Notes under the pieces: model-generated
Told to the model about the DNA's origin: nothing
What the model saw: the letters and a program-made list of their open reading frames with translations, nothing else
Databases searched by the model: none
Source of the DNA: Candidatus Latescibacterota bacterium
Lineage (GTDB): Bacteria; Latescibacterota; UBA2968; UBA8231
DNA length: 64,000 nucleotides
Assembly: GCA_965217585.1 (NCBI GenBank)
Contig: OZ244561.1
Location: 7,259,735-7,323,734, forward strand
Direction of reading: 5' to 3'
In this document: one piece after another, positions 30,367-42,000 of the stretch
How positions within the stretch are numbered: position 1 is the stretch's first letter
Layout of the letters: each line of letters begins with the position of its first letter
Program-made: the position numbers and the translations under genes

Positions 30367-31332
30367 ATGTTCAAATGCTCGCTCTTGGCAGCCCTCCTCG
30401 CGCTCGTCGCCTGCGCCACTGAAAAAGAAGGCCCCACAACCGACGTCTTGCCCAAGGTCCAACTCGCGCTCAACTGGTTCCCAGAAGCCGAACACGGCGG
30501 CTTGTACGCGGCCGTAGTCCACGGCTATTACGAGGAAAACGGCGTCGAGGTCGAAATCCTCGGCGGCGGCCCAGACGCGCCAGTAGTCCAGCGCGTGGCC
30601 ACTGGTGCGGTAGCCTTTGGCATAGTCAATGCCGACGACATCCTGTACGCGCGTGCCCAACAGATTCCCGTGGTCGTGCTCATGGCTTCCTACCAGATCA
30701 GCCCGCGCTGCATCATGGTCCATGAGAGCGCGGGCATCGACTCCATTTCCCAAATCAAAAACATGACCTTGGCCCTGTCGCAACGCCCGGCCTTCTCGCA
30801 CTATCTGCGCTGGAAATACCCATTTGAAGGCGTCACGATCGTCCCCTATCCCGGCAATGTGGCCCAATTCCTCGCGAACGAGAATTTCGCCCAGCAGGGC
30901 TACGTCTTCAGCGAGCCTTTCGTCGCCAAGACCAAAGGCGGCGATCCCAAAGCCCTGCTCGTAGCCGACACCGGCTTTAACCCCTATGCTAGCGTGCTCA
31001 TCACCACCGCAGAGCGCATCGCCGCCGAGCCTGAGCTCGTCGGGGCCGTAGTCCGCGCCAGCGTCAAAGGCTGGGAGACATACCTCGCCGAGCCAGAGGC
31101 GACCAACCGCCATATCAACAGCCTCAACCCCGAGATGGGTATGGACATTCTCGCCTATGGTGCCACCGAATCCAGCGCCATGATTCTCGATCCAGTCGCC
31201 CAACAAAACGGCCTCGGCAGCATGAGCCTAGAGCGCTGGCAGGAGCTATTGGCACAAATGGTGACCGTTGGCCTGATCAAAGACGGCGTCGTGGACGCCA
31301 CCGCGGTCTTCACCAACCGCTTCTTGCCCTAG
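30367..31332 (+). CDS. ABC substrate-binding lipoprotein, NMT1/THI5-like
   Basis: Lipobox LVAC; LNWFPEAEHGG. Confidence 0.87.
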   Translation: MFKCSLLAALLALVACATEKEGPTTDVLPKVQLALNWFPEAEHGGLYAAVVHGYYEENGVEVEILGGGPDAPVVQRVATGAVAFGIVNADDILYARAQQIPVVVLMASYQISPRCIMVHESAGIDSISQIKNMTLALSQRPAFSHYLRWKYPFEGVTIVPYPGNVAQFLANENFAQQGYVFSEPFVAKTKGGDPKALLVADTGFNPYASVLITTAERIAAEPELVGAVVRASVKGWETYLAEPEATNRHINSLNPEMGMDILAYGATESSAMILDPVAQQNGLGSMSLERWQELLAQMVTVGLIKDGVVDATAVFTNRFLP

Positions 31333-31335
31333 CCC

Positions 31336-32136
31336 TTGGCCTTTTTGCAGGACATCGCGCTCGGCCGCTACCTCGCGCTCGACTCGCCGATCCACCGCCT
31401 CGATCCGCGCACCAAGTTAGGGGCCGTTTTCGCGCTGACGCTGGCGGCCTTTGCAGCACCCAACGCGTACGCCCTGCTGATACTCGCGGCCTTCCTGCTT
31501 GTGGCCATCGCCTTGGCACGGGTGCCTTCGCGCCTCATCCTGCGCCAACTCAAAACCTTTGCTTGGCTCTTTCTGTTCACCTTTGCCCTCCACGCGCTGC
31601 TCACGCCTGGTCGGCCCGTTTTGCCCTTGCCCTTTTCCGATCACGTCCTAACCGCCGAGGGCCTGCACTTGGGGGCCTTTTTCACCGCACGGCTGGCCGT
31701 GGCCATCGTCGCCGCCACGCTCTTGACGCTCACAACCGCGCCGATGGAGATAACCAGCGGCTTAGAGCGCCTCTTCAATCCCTTGCGCCGCTTCGGCTTT
31801 CCAGCCGGCGACATGGCGTTGATGATCTCCATTGCCCTGCGGTTTATTCCCGTGCTCCTCGACGAAGCCGAGCGCCTGCGCAAGGCCCAACTAGCGCGCG
31901 GGGCCGACTTTAGCGGCCCTTTTCTGCGCCGTATCAAAAACCTCGTGCCCCTCCTCGTGCCCCTCCTTGTCGCGGCCTGCGGTCGCGCCGACCGCCTCGC
32001 CTTGGCCATGGAGAGCCGCTGCTACGCCAGCGGGACCGAACGCACCCACTATCGCCCGCTTCGCTTTGGCCGCGCCGACGGTCTATCCGCCTTGGCCGCT
32101 CTAGGTTTGGTCGCACTCGTGTACTATCTGCGTTAG
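31336..32136 (+). CDS. ecfT: ECF transporter T component
   Basis: SPIHRLDPRTK, LRFIP, AQLARG, LALAMESR. Confidence 0.9.
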   Translation: MAFLQDIALGRYLALDSPIHRLDPRTKLGAVFALTLAAFAAPNAYALLILAAFLLVAIALARVPSRLILRQLKTFAWLFLFTFALHALLTPGRPVLPLPFSDHVLTAEGLHLGAFFTARLAVAIVAATLLTLTTAPMEITSGLERLFNPLRRFGFPAGDMALMISIALRFIPVLLDEAERLRKAQLARGADFSGPFLRRIKNLVPLLVPLLVAACGRADRLALAMESRCYASGTERTHYRPLRFGRADGLSALAALGLVALVYYLR

Positions 32137-32140
32137 GGCG

Positions 32141-32908
32141 ATGCGGACGCTGCGCTTGGTAGTCGAATACGACGGCACCCACTTCGTCGGCTGGCAGAGC
32201 CAAAAGAGCGGCCGCACCGTGCAAGACGCGCTCGAACAAGCCCTGCACATCCTGCTCAAAGAGCCGGTCCGCCTCATTGGCGCGGGCCGCACGGACGCCG
32301 GAACTCATGCCCTCGGGCAGGTAGCTCATTTCCAGACCGAGGGCGCGCTGCCCACGGATAGGTTACTTCGCAGCCTCAACGGCCTATTGCCCCCAGACAT
32401 TGCCGTGCGTTCTGCCGACGAGGTCGCCGCGGACTTCCACGCCCGCTACAGCGCGACCCGCAAGCGCTATCGCTACCGCATTCACCAGGGCAAGGCCGCC
32501 GTCAACCGCACTCAGGTGTGGACCTATTATTCCGCTCTATCTTTGACCCCCATGGCCGCGGCCGCCCGCTCGCTCTGCGGCGAACGCTCTTTTGGAGCCT
32601 TTTGCAAACAGGATCCCATCCCCGAGCACCTGACCTGCCAAGTCTTCGACGCGGCCTGGTCCCAACGCGGCCCCGAACTGGTCTTTGAAATCGAGGCCAA
32701 CCGCTTCCTCCGCCACATGGTGCGGATCCTCGTCGGCACCATGGTCGAAATCGGCTGCGGCACGAGGCCACCATCGGCTATCGCCGACCTGCTCGCCAGC
32801 GGTGACCGCACCGCGGCCGGTGCCACAGCACCTGCGCGCGGCCTCTGCCTGCTGTGGGTGGCGTACCCTGATAGCCTGTGCAGTGAGCGCGGAAATAGCC
32901 TAGCCTAA
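32141..32908 (+). CDS. truA: tRNA pseudouridine synthase A
   Basis: EYDGT.F.GWQ, AGRTDAGTHA, FHARYSA, FLRHMVR. Confidence 0.96.
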   Translation: MRTLRLVVEYDGTHFVGWQSQKSGRTVQDALEQALHILLKEPVRLIGAGRTDAGTHALGQVAHFQTEGALPTDRLLRSLNGLLPPDIAVRSADEVAADFHARYSATRKRYRYRIHQGKAAVNRTQVWTYYSALSLTPMAAAARSLCGERSFGAFCKQDPIPEHLTCQVFDAAWSQRGPELVFEIEANRFLRHMVRILVGTMVEIGCGTRPPSAIADLLASGDRTAAGATAPARGLCLLWVAYPDSLCSERGNSLA

Positions 32909-33214
32909 ATGCGCAAAAAATTCCAGCGGCACATTGAAAATTTTACCTGCGGAAATTGTGGTTTCCCCGTGCAGGGCAATGGCTACACCAATCACTGCCC
33001 CGAATGCCTCTGGAGCCAACACGTCGATGTAAACCCAGGCGATCGCGCCGAGCGCTGTCGCGGCTTGATGGAGCCGGTGGGGTTTGCCATCAAACGCGGC
33101 GATTATATTCTCGTCCACCGCTGTATCAAATGCGGCATTACCAAAAAGAATAAGGCCGCCAAAAACGACCGCTTTGATGCGATCCTGAGTCTGCGCGGCG
33201 AATTGCCGGACTAG
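32909..33214 (+). CDS. RNHCP-domain zinc-ribbon protein
   Basis: FTCGNCG, NHCPECLWSQHVD..PGDR..C.G.M.P, HRC..CG. Confidence 0.88.
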   Translation: MRKKFQRHIENFTCGNCGFPVQGNGYTNHCPECLWSQHVDVNPGDRAERCRGLMEPVGFAIKRGDYILVHRCIKCGITKKNKAAKNDRFDAILSLRGELPD

Positions 33215-33286
33215 CGGCACTGCGCGCCTGCCGTGCAATACTTGCAACTATGTGTATGATTATTATATAATTTATCTTACTTATCG

Positions 33287-34420
33287 TTGGCGAAATTCAT
33301 TTTCCGAGGTACAACCTTGCACTTTATATGCTCACTCGCTCTGCTGGCATTGGTTCTAAACCATGCCGGCGCTTCCATTGGGGAGTCGCGCCGTACGGCC
33401 GTAGTGCGGGCCGTGGAGCGGGTGCAGCCCTCGGTCGTCAGCCTCCACGTGCGCTACCGCGAGCGCATCCAGCATCTCTACAGGTATCGCGACAGATATC
33501 GCGGCGACCCTTTTTGGAACTTTTTCTCGCCTTTTTACTACGTGCCCCAAGATCAAACCGGCTCGGGACTTGTCGTCGATGACGAGGGCTACATTCTCAC
33601 CAATAGCCACGTCGTCGGCGATCCGCGCCGGCTGCAAAAGATCACGGCCTCTCTGCCCGAGCCCGACGGCCGCACCTTTGAGGCCCGCTACGTGGCCTCA
33701 GACTTCAATTCCGACCTCGCCGTCCTCAAGGTAGATGACGGCAATATGCCGGTTGCGCCCCTCGGGACTTCGGGCGATATTCTGGTCGGCGAATGGGCCA
33801 TTGCCATTGGCAACCCTTTCGATTTGGGGCCTACCGTCAGCATCGGCGTCGTCAGCGCCCTAGATCGCGACTTTTCCGAACCCCAAGGCGATTACTACTA
33901 CCGAGACATGATTCAGACCGATGCGGCCATCAATCTCGGCAACAGCGGCGGCCCCTTGGTCAATGCCGATGGCGAGGTGATCGGCATCAACAGCTTTATT
34001 TATACCGGTGGTGAGTACTCTCGCGGCTCTATTGGCATTGGCTTCGCCATTCCCATCGACACGGCCGCGAGCTTCTTGGAGGAAATTCGCCAGCACGGCC
34101 AAGTGCGCCGCCCTTGGACCGGCATCCTGTCCGTCCAAGACATCACCCCGAATCTAGCGGAGTACCTAAGGCTCGCTTCCACCGACGGAGCCCTAGTCGT
34201 CAGAGTGGCCAGCGCGAGTCCGGCCGAACTGGCAGGCCTCGAAGTCGGCGATGTGATCGTCGCGATCAACGACGAGAATATCCGCAGCGCCAACGAAGCC
34301 ATTGGCGTGCTGCGCGGCTTGCGCATCGGCGAAGTCGCCGCGCTCGGCGTGGTGCGCCACAACGAACACTACAACCTAGACCTGACCCTCGAAGAACGTC
34401 CCTACCGGACGCGGCGTTAG
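33287..34420 (+). CDS. HtrA/DegQ-like serine protease with a PDZ domain
   Basis: TNSHVV, SDLAVLK, IQTDAAINLGNSGGPL, C-terminal PDZ. Confidence 0.93.
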   Translation: MAKFIFRGTTLHFICSLALLALVLNHAGASIGESRRTAVVRAVERVQPSVVSLHVRYRERIQHLYRYRDRYRGDPFWNFFSPFYYVPQDQTGSGLVVDDEGYILTNSHVVGDPRRLQKITASLPEPDGRTFEARYVASDFNSDLAVLKVDDGNMPVAPLGTSGDILVGEWAIAIGNPFDLGPTVSIGVVSALDRDFSEPQGDYYYRDMIQTDAAINLGNSGGPLVNADGEVIGINSFIYTGGEYSRGSIGIGFAIPIDTAASFLEEIRQHGQVRRPWTGILSVQDITPNLAEYLRLASTDGALVVRVASASPAELAGLEVGDVIVAINDENIRSANEAIGVLRGLRIGEVAALGVVRHNEHYNLDLTLEERPYRTRR

Positions 34421-34439
34421 CGGCAGGAAGGATGCAAAA

Positions 34440-35135
34440 ATGAGGCGGTTCATACCCACTGCGTTCACCATCGGCAATCTGTTCTGTGGATTCCTCGCCT
34501 TGCACTACGCCTTTAGCGGCAACTACGTGCCAGCCGCTTGGCTCATCTTCTTGGGCGCGGTACTCGATAAAATGGACGGCCAACTCGCCCGGGTCATGGG
34601 GCGCGACTCCCAGTTTGGGCTCCAGTTCGACTCCATCGTCGATGCCTGCACTTTTGGCATCGTGCCCGCTGCCATCATCTATCAGGCCCACCTGCCAACG
34701 GGCTGGGGGCTGGCGCTGGCCTTCGCGTACCTGCTGTGCGGTGCCCTGCGCCTTGCCCGCTTCAACGCACTCAACTTAGAGGGTGAGCGCGGCGAATTTT
34801 ACATGGGATTGGCCATTCCCACGGCTGCAGTCTGCCTCACCCAATACGTGGTCTTTGTCAAAGCCTGGCCCATCCCCCATGCCACGCCGCTGGCCGTGCT
34901 GCTGATTTTAGTGCTGTCCTTCCTGATGGTCAGTCGGCTCGACTACGACAGCGTTCCCAATTTTCGCGGCACCTCCTTAGGCGACCGCTTCAAACAGCTT
35001 TACTTTGTCACCACAGTCGGGCTGACCATCTACGACAGCAGCTTTTTCTTTCCCATGATCCTCGTGTACGTCTTCTCCGGGCCCTATCGCTGGGTCTTCC
35101 GTCTTTTGCACGGTGACGTCACGCAACACGCCTGA
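34440..35135 (+). CDS. pssA: CDP-diacylglycerol--serine O-phosphatidyltransferase
   Basis: DKMDGQLAR...FGLQFDSIVD, ALRLARFN. Confidence 0.85.
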   Translation: MRRFIPTAFTIGNLFCGFLALHYAFSGNYVPAAWLIFLGAVLDKMDGQLARVMGRDSQFGLQFDSIVDACTFGIVPAAIIYQAHLPTGWGLALAFAYLLCGALRLARFNALNLEGERGEFYMGLAIPTAAVCLTQYVVFVKAWPIPHATPLAVLLILVLSFLMVSRLDYDSVPNFRGTSLGDRFKQLYFVTTVGLTIYDSSFFFPMILVYVFSGPYRWVFRLLHGDVTQHA

Positions 35136-35141
35136 GTTATC

Positions 35142-35423
35142 ATGCTGCGCGACAAACCCCTCAGCCACCTCATCCTCATCCTCTTCACCACGATGATCGG
35201 CGCCAACCTCGTCGGCGAAATGCTGCGGTTCATCCTCATCGCCCTAGTCGGCCCCGACACCATTGTCGAACTCGCCCTCTTGCGCTACGTGGAGTATTCC
35301 ATCGGGCCGCATATGTTCAACCTTATCATCCTGTCCTTTTCGTTTGAGCTGTCGCTAAAGTTCAACCTTATCACTATGTTGGGACTCTTCGTCGGCTGGT
35401 ACTACTTCCGCCACAGCTATTGA
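35142..35423 (+). CDS. Small membrane protein (DUF4321-like)
   Basis: 93-aa hydrophobic ORF in an operon position. Confidence 0.6.
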   Translation: MLRDKPLSHLILILFTTMIGANLVGEMLRFILIALVGPDTIVELALLRYVEYSIGPHMFNLIILSFSFELSLKFNLITMLGLFVGWYYFRHSY

Positions 35424-35447
35424 AAACATCTTCCGGGAGATAGAGCC

Positions 35448-35684
35448 ATGTTCGGTATGGGCCACTGGGAAATACTCATCATCTTCGTCGTCATTCTGCT
35501 TATCTTCGGCGCCAAGCGCATCCCCGAGATGGCTCAGGGCTTGGGCAAGGGCATCCGCGAGTTCCGCACCGCCATGCGCGACGTGCAGGACGAAATCGAG
35601 GCCCCGAAGCAACCTACGCGGCCTACGGTCCCCCCTGCCCAGACCGAGCCTCAGTCCAACGACAAGGACCAAGCCGCCTCCTAA
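35448..35684 (+). CDS. tatA: Twin-arginine translocase TatA/E
   Basis: G.WEILIIFVVILLIFGAKRIPE...LGKGIREF. Confidence 0.93.
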   Translation: MFGMGHWEILIIFVVILLIFGAKRIPEMAQGLGKGIREFRTAMRDVQDEIEAPKQPTRPTVPPAQTEPQSNDKDQAAS

Positions 35685-35687
35685 CTC

Positions 35688-37127
35688 ATGGCGCTCAACC
35701 AAGCCACGGCCCACGAACTCAGCGATCGGCTGCAACAAGGGGAAATCACTGCCCGCCAGCTAGTCGAGGCCGCACTCGACCGCATCGGCGAAATCGACGG
35801 CCAGATCAACGCCTTCATCAGCGTAGATCCAGAGGGTGCCCTAGCCCACGCCGACGACATCGACCAGCGGCGCGCAGCGGGCGCGGCTTTGAGGCCTTTG
35901 GCGGGCATTCCCTTGGCCCTCAAGGATGTCCTCTGCGTGCGCGGCGGGCGCACCACCTGTGGCTCAAAAATCCTCGAACACTTCATCGCCCCCTACGACG
36001 CCACGGCCGTCGAGCGGCTGCGCGCCGCCGACGCCGTCTTCATCGGCAAGACCAACATGGACGAGTTCGCCATGGGCTCGTCCTGCGAAAACTCCTATTT
36101 CGGCCCCACCTTAAACCCCTGTGATCCCGAGCGGGTGCCGGGTGGCTCCAGTGGCGGCTCGGCCGCGGCGGTAGCCGCCGACGAGACCATCCTCGCCCTC
36201 GGCTCAGACACCGGTGGCTCGGTGCGCCAACCAGCCAGCTACTGTGGAGTCGTTGGCCTCAAGCCCACCTACGGCCGCGTCTCGCGCTACGGGCTCATAG
36301 CCTACGCCTCTTCGCTCGACCAAATCGGCCCCGTGACCAAAGATGTCGAAGACGCCGCTCTCCTGCTCCAAGCCATCGCCGGGCACGACCCCCGCGACTC
36401 GACTTCCAGCACCGCACCCGTGCCGGACTATCGGGCCGCGCTCAAAGGGGACATCCGCGGCTTGCGAGTGGGCTTGGCGCGCGAGCATTTTCCCGCCGCC
36501 CTCGACGCGGAAGTAGCCGCTGCGGCTCAAGATGCAGCCAACGCCCTTGTGGATGCAGGAGCCGAGCTGGTGGATGTCCAGCTACCCGTAGCCGGTCACC
36601 CCGAATACTGCATCAGTACCTATTACATCATCGCCATGGCCGAGGCATCGGCCAATCTCGCGCGCTACGACGGCGTCAAATACGGCTATCGCGCCGAGCA
36701 CAGCGCCGACCTGCAAGAGATGTACTTGCAAACGCGCAGCGAGGGCTTTGGCACTGAGGTAAAGCGCCGCATCATGCTCGGTGCCTACGCCCTGAGTGCC
36801 GGCTACTACGACGCGTACTACCGCAAGGCCCAGCAGGTTCGCACCCTGATCCGCGAAGACTTCGCCCGCGCTTTTGCCGCCTGCGACGTGCTGATCTCGC
36901 CCGTGGCTCCGACCACCGCCTTCCGCCTCGGCGAACAGCTCGACGACCCCTTGCAGATGTACCTCAACGACATCTACACGGCCTCGGTCAACCTCGCCGG
37001 GCTTCCGGCCATATCCGTGCCCTTTGCCCACAGCGAGTTACCCATCGGCGTGCAACTATTGGCCCCGCCTCTCGAAGAAGCCCGCCTGCTGCGCGCAGCC
37101 CATGCCCTCGAACGGGCAGCCGCCTGA
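35688..37127 (+). CDS. gatA: Glu-tRNA(Gln) amidotransferase subunit A
   Basis: [48 protein letters not shown]. Confidence 0.97.
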   Translation: MALNQATAHELSDRLQQGEITARQLVEAALDRIGEIDGQINAFISVDPEGALAHADDIDQRRAAGAALRPLAGIPLALKDVLCVRGGRTTCGSKILEHFIAPYDATAVERLRAADAVFIGKTNMDEFAMGSSCENSYFGPTLNPCDPERVPGGSSGGSAAAVAADETILALGSDTGGSVRQPASYCGVVGLKPTYGRVSRYGLIAYASSLDQIGPVTKDVEDAALLLQAIAGHDPRDSTSSTAPVPDYRAALKGDIRGLRVGLAREHFPAALDAEVAAAAQDAANALVDAGAELVDVQLPVAGHPEYCISTYYIIAMAEASANLARYDGVKYGYRAEHSADLQEMYLQTRSEGFGTEVKRRIMLGAYALSAGYYDAYYRKAQQVRTLIREDFARAFAACDVLISPVAPTTAFRLGEQLDDPLQMYLNDIYTASVNLAGLPAISVPFAHSELPIGVQLLAPPLEEARLLRAAHALERAAA

Positions 37128-37151
37128 GATAGTACACACCGGAGATCAACT

Positions 37152-38078
37152 ATGAGATACTGCGCCCTCGTGGCCTGCATCCTACTTTCGACCTGGACGC
37201 CCGCTACGGCGATCAACCCCAACGTCGGCACCACGGGTTTCAACTTTCTCAAGATCGGCGTCGGCACCCGCGCTGCCGCACTCGGCGGGGCCTACGCGGC
37301 CGTGTCTGGCAACATCGAGGCATCGGCCTGGAATCCCGCCGGACTTTTCGGCTTAAGCGAGCGCACGGCCGCGCTCGCCTACAACAGCTATTTCGTCGAT
37401 TCCCAAGCCGGCTTCGCCTCCATTGCCGCCCCCAAGGGGTCGCGCGTCCACGCCCTAAGCGTCCACTACGTATCCTACGGCGACTTGCAGCACACCGACG
37501 TGGAAGGACGCGATTTGGGGACCTTCTCGGCGACCGACCTCGCCGCTTATCTGTCCATCGCCCAACAGCTCGGGCCGGACTGGCTGGCTGTCGGCGCCAA
37601 TCTAAAAGCCGTCTATTCAAATATCGCCGAGTTTTCTTCGGATGCTTATCTCGCCGATCTCGGCCTCCTCGTCCGCGCTCCGATCGAGGGCATGACCCTC
37701 GGCGCAGCCATCGCCAACCTCGGTTTTGTGCGCTCGGGCTACACCGAGGGCTTCAAGGACTCGCTGCCGGTACACATCCGCTTGGGGATGGCCCATCGCC
37801 TCGCACACATGCCGGTGCCCGTGCTATTGGTGGCCGATTTTAACTTGCCCAACGACAACGACTCCTACCTATCTTTCGGCCTCGAGGTCGAACTCGTCGG
37901 CGGTCTCTACATCCGGCCCGGTTACAGCACCCAACAGACCGGTAGCCAAGACGAGGAACCACTGGGCCTGAGCGCCGGGGCCGGCCTGATGATGAACCGC
38001 TACTCGATCGATTACGCCTACTCGTCCTCTCCCGACTTAGGCCAAGTCCATCGGGTCTCGATCATCGGCACCTTCTGA
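37152..38078 (+). CDS. PorV/PorQ-family outer-membrane beta-barrel protein
   Basis: Signal peptide, FLKIGVGTRAAALGGA, WNPAGL, IDYAY...LG.VHRVS. Confidence 0.82.
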   Translation: MRYCALVACILLSTWTPATAINPNVGTTGFNFLKIGVGTRAAALGGAYAAVSGNIEASAWNPAGLFGLSERTAALAYNSYFVDSQAGFASIAAPKGSRVHALSVHYVSYGDLQHTDVEGRDLGTFSATDLAAYLSIAQQLGPDWLAVGANLKAVYSNIAEFSSDAYLADLGLLVRAPIEGMTLGAAIANLGFVRSGYTEGFKDSLPVHIRLGMAHRLAHMPVPVLLVADFNLPNDNDSYLSFGLEVELVGGLYIRPGYSTQQTGSQDEEPLGLSAGAGLMMNRYSIDYAYSSSPDLGQVHRVSIIGTF

Positions 38079-38085
38079 ACGCGCC

Positions 38086-39000
38086 ATGACCGGCCTCAGC
38101 TCGGAGCAGCTTGCATTCTTCCACGCCGAAGGCTACGTCCACGTGCCCGACGCCTTGGCCCCCGAAGACCTGGATCCGGTCCAAGCGGAACTGGAGGAAA
38201 TCGTCGATCAAGCGGCCCAACGCCTGTTAGCCGCCGGCAAAATAGACCGCGACTATGCGGAGCTGCCTTTTACAAAACGCCTGATTCCCCTCGCCAAAGC
38301 CGACGCCAGCGCCACGGCCGGCATCAACTTCCCCGCCAATCTGGGGCCTAATATATTCGCCTTTTTGCACAACCCCCGGCTGCTCGCTCTGATCGAATCC
38401 CTAGTCGGCCCGGAAATCTACGCCAATTCCTGCCAGCACATCCGCGCCAAAGTCCCGGCCAGCGACAAATACGCCGGCAACTTCTCGCAAAACGAATGGG
38501 CGCGCTCGACGGCTTGGCACCAAGACCTCGGCGTGCTCCTGCCCGAAGCCGACGACACGCTCATCGTCACCACTTGGATCCCCCTAGTCGATGCCGACGA
38601 AGAAAACGGCACCTTGATGATCTATCCCCGCTGCCACCAAGAGCCGCTGCGCCGGCATGTGCGCCCGCCCGCCGACCAAGGCGGCAGCTTCACCGTCGCT
38701 CCCGAAGAACTGCCACCTTGGGATCCGGTCACCATCCCCGTCCAACGCGGCGGCCTGATCGCCATCCACTGCCGGACCCCGCACGGCAGCCAGCCCAATG
38801 GCTCGGACGCGATCCGCTGGAGCATGGACCTGCGCTGGAACGACGCCCGCAAGCCCAATGGCCGACCCCACCTACCCGGCCTTCTCGTCCGCAGCCAAGA
38901 GCATCCCGAACTGGTGGTCCACGACCGCCAAGAGTGGCTGACAGCCTGGAAGTTCGCCCGCGTCTCCAGTCGCGGCGCTCGCACCTATCGCTGGGTCTGA
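38086..39000 (+). CDS. PhyH-family dioxygenase
   Basis: FFHAEGY, WHQD, WIPLVDA..ENG, HGSQPN...RWSMDLR. Confidence 0.9.
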   Translation: MTGLSSEQLAFFHAEGYVHVPDALAPEDLDPVQAELEEIVDQAAQRLLAAGKIDRDYAELPFTKRLIPLAKADASATAGINFPANLGPNIFAFLHNPRLLALIESLVGPEIYANSCQHIRAKVPASDKYAGNFSQNEWARSTAWHQDLGVLLPEADDTLIVTTWIPLVDADEENGTLMIYPRCHQEPLRRHVRPPADQGGSFTVAPEELPPWDPVTIPVQRGGLIAIHCRTPHGSQPNGSDAIRWSMDLRWNDARKPNGRPHLPGLLVRSQEHPELVVHDRQEWLTAWKFARVSSRGARTYRWV

Positions 39001-42000
39001 GAAGCACAGCCCCGCACCCGCAAAACCTCAACCGACTTTGTCTTTGCCGGCCAGTGGGGCCAAGCCTCGCCACTGGTCGTCCCGGAATAACGGGCGAGGC
39101 GTTACCCGAAGTCTGCGCCACTGTGTCCCAAATGGGCCATTATCGCCGGGCACAAAGATCAATGGCCTTTGCATAACTATCTGTTCCTAAAGAAATAATA
39201 GTCTAGACGACGGCTTGGCACGCTCTTTGCGTAAGCAGGGGCATGGCCCGTCTCCTGCTCCTCGTCCTCCTGCTTGGGTTCGCTCCTCTCGCCCAAGCCA
39301 CAGTCGTCATCAGCGAAGTACTCGCCGATCCGCCTTCGGGTGCCGCCGGTGACGCCAACCAAGACGGCCAGCGCGACACCTATGAAGACGAATTCGTCGA
39401 ACTCTACAACGCCGGTTCAGCATCCGTCGATATAAGCGGCTGGCGCTTGGGCGATAGCACATCGCCGGACGCCCACTTCCAATTTCCGTCCGACGCCGTC
39501 ATTGAACCCAACTCCTACGTCGTCCTCTTCGGCGGCGGCACTCCGTCGGGATTCACCGTCCCCGTCTATACCGACGATGGGCGCATCGGCAATGGACTGA
39601 CCAATGGCGGCGAGGAGATTCGCCTGATCGACGACACTGGCGCAGAAATCGCGGTCGTCGCGCACGACCCTTGGCCCAGCGACCAATCCATCGTCCGCAA
39701 TCCACCCGACGGCGAAACATTTGAACCACACAAAACCGCCTCGCCGACCGGGGAACCCTTCTCCCCCGGACGCGCCACAGACGCCGAACCGGAAACGCCG
39801 GAAGTACCTGAAACGCCCGAACCTGAAACACCAGAAGCACCCGAAACCGAAACACCGCCCGAACCTATACCTACCTATGCCCTCTTCATCAGCGAAGTGC
39901 TCGCCGACCCGCCCGATGGACTGGCTGGCGACGCCAACCAAGACGGCCAGCGCAATACTTATGAAGACGAGTTCGTCGAACTCTACAACGCCGGTTCAGC
40001 ACCCGTCGATATAAGCGGCTGGCGGTTGGGCGACAGCTCATCGCCGGAAAACTTCTTCCAGTTTCCAGCCAACGCCGTCATTGAACCCGGCTCGTACGTC
40101 GTCCTCTTCGGCGGCGGTAATCCGTCGGGATTCACCGTCCCCGTCTATACCGACGACGGACGCATCGGCAACGGATTAACCAACAGCGGCGAGGCTATTC
40201 GCCTGATCGACAGTAACGGCACGGAAGTCGCGGTCGTCGCGCACGACGATTGGCCCAGCGACCAGTCCATCGTCCGCAATCCACCCGATGACGGAGCTTT
40301 TGTCCCGCACGAAACCGCCTCGCCGACCGAGGCACCCTTTTCACCCGGACGCGCCACAGATGCCGAACCAAAAACGCCGGAAGTACCTGAAACGCCCGAA
40401 CCGGAAACACCGGAAGCACCGGAAGCACCGGAAACACCCGAATCCGAAACGCCGCCCGAACCTAAACCTACCTACGCCCTCTTCATCAGCGAAGTGCTCG
40501 CCGATCCCCCTTCGGGTGCAACTGGCGACGCCAATCGAGACGGTCAACGAGATGGGTATGAAGACGAATTCATCGAACTCTACAACGCCGATACCAATCC
40601 CATCTCCCTAGCCGGCTGGCGCTTGGGCGATAGCACGTCGCCGGACGCCCACTTCCAATTTCCGTCCGACGCCGTCATTGAACCCGGCTCGTACGTCGTC
40701 CTCTTCGGCGGCGGCAATCCGTCGGAGTTCACTGTCCCCGTCTATACCGACGACGGACGCATCGGCAATGGACTGACCAACGGCGGCGAGGACATCCAAT
40801 TGATCGATGACTCCGGCAATACAGTCGTGGTCGTCGCGCACGACCCTTGGCCCAGCGACCAATCCATCGTCCGCAATCCACCGGACAGCGAAGCATTTGT
40901 CCCGCACAAAGACGTCTCACCGACTGGGGCACCCTTTTCACCCGGACGCGCCACAGATGCCGAACCAGAAACGCCGGAAGTACCTGAAACGCCCGAACCC
41001 GAAACACCGGAAGCACCGGAAGCACCGGAAACACCCGAATCCGAAACGCCGCCCGAACCTAAACCTACCTACGCCCTCTTCATCAGCGAAGTGCTCACCG
41101 ATCCCCCTTCGGGTGCAACTGGCGACGCCAATCGAGACGGTCAACGAGATGGGTATGAAGACGAGTTCGTCGAACTCTACAACGCCGGCACCAATCCCAT
41201 CTCCCTAGCCGGCTGGCGCTTGGGCGATAGCACGTCGCCGGACACCCACTTCCAATTCCCGCCCGACGCCGTCATTGAACCCAGCTCGTATGTCGTCCTC
41301 TTCGGCGGCGGCAATCCGTCGGGATTTACCGTCCCCGTCTATACCGACGACGGGCGCATCGGCAACGGACTGACCAACGGCGGCGAGGCCATTCGCCTGA
41401 TCGACAATAATGGCCACGAGATCGCTGTCATCTCGCACGAGGGTTGGCCCACCAAACAGTCCCTCGTCCGCCATCCCCCCGACGGCAACGCATTGGTCCC
41501 GCACAAAACCGCCTCGACGGTCAAGGCCCTCTTCTCCCCCGGCCACACCCACATCATCCCCAAACCCTCCTACCCTCTCTTCATCAGCGAAGTGCTCGCC
41601 GACCCGCCTTCCGGCCTTGCCGGCGACGCCAATCGAGACGGTCGACGCGACACGTACGAAGACGAGTTCATCGAACTATACAATGCCGGATCGGAGCCCA
41701 TCTCCTTAGCCGGCTGGCGGCTAGGCGATAGCACATCGCCGAAGAACTACTTCCAATTCCCGCCCGACTCGGTCATCGCCCCGCACTCCTACATCGTCCT
41801 CTTTGGCGGCGGCAACCCGTCGGGATTCACCACCCCCGTCTATACTGACGACGGAAAAATTGGCAACGGACTGACCAAAAAGGGCGAGGCCATTCGCCTG
41901 ATCGACAACAATGGCCACGAGATCGACGTCATCTCGCACGACGAGTGGCCTGCCAAACAGTCCCTCGTCCGCATCCCGTCCGACGGCGGCCCCTTCGTCC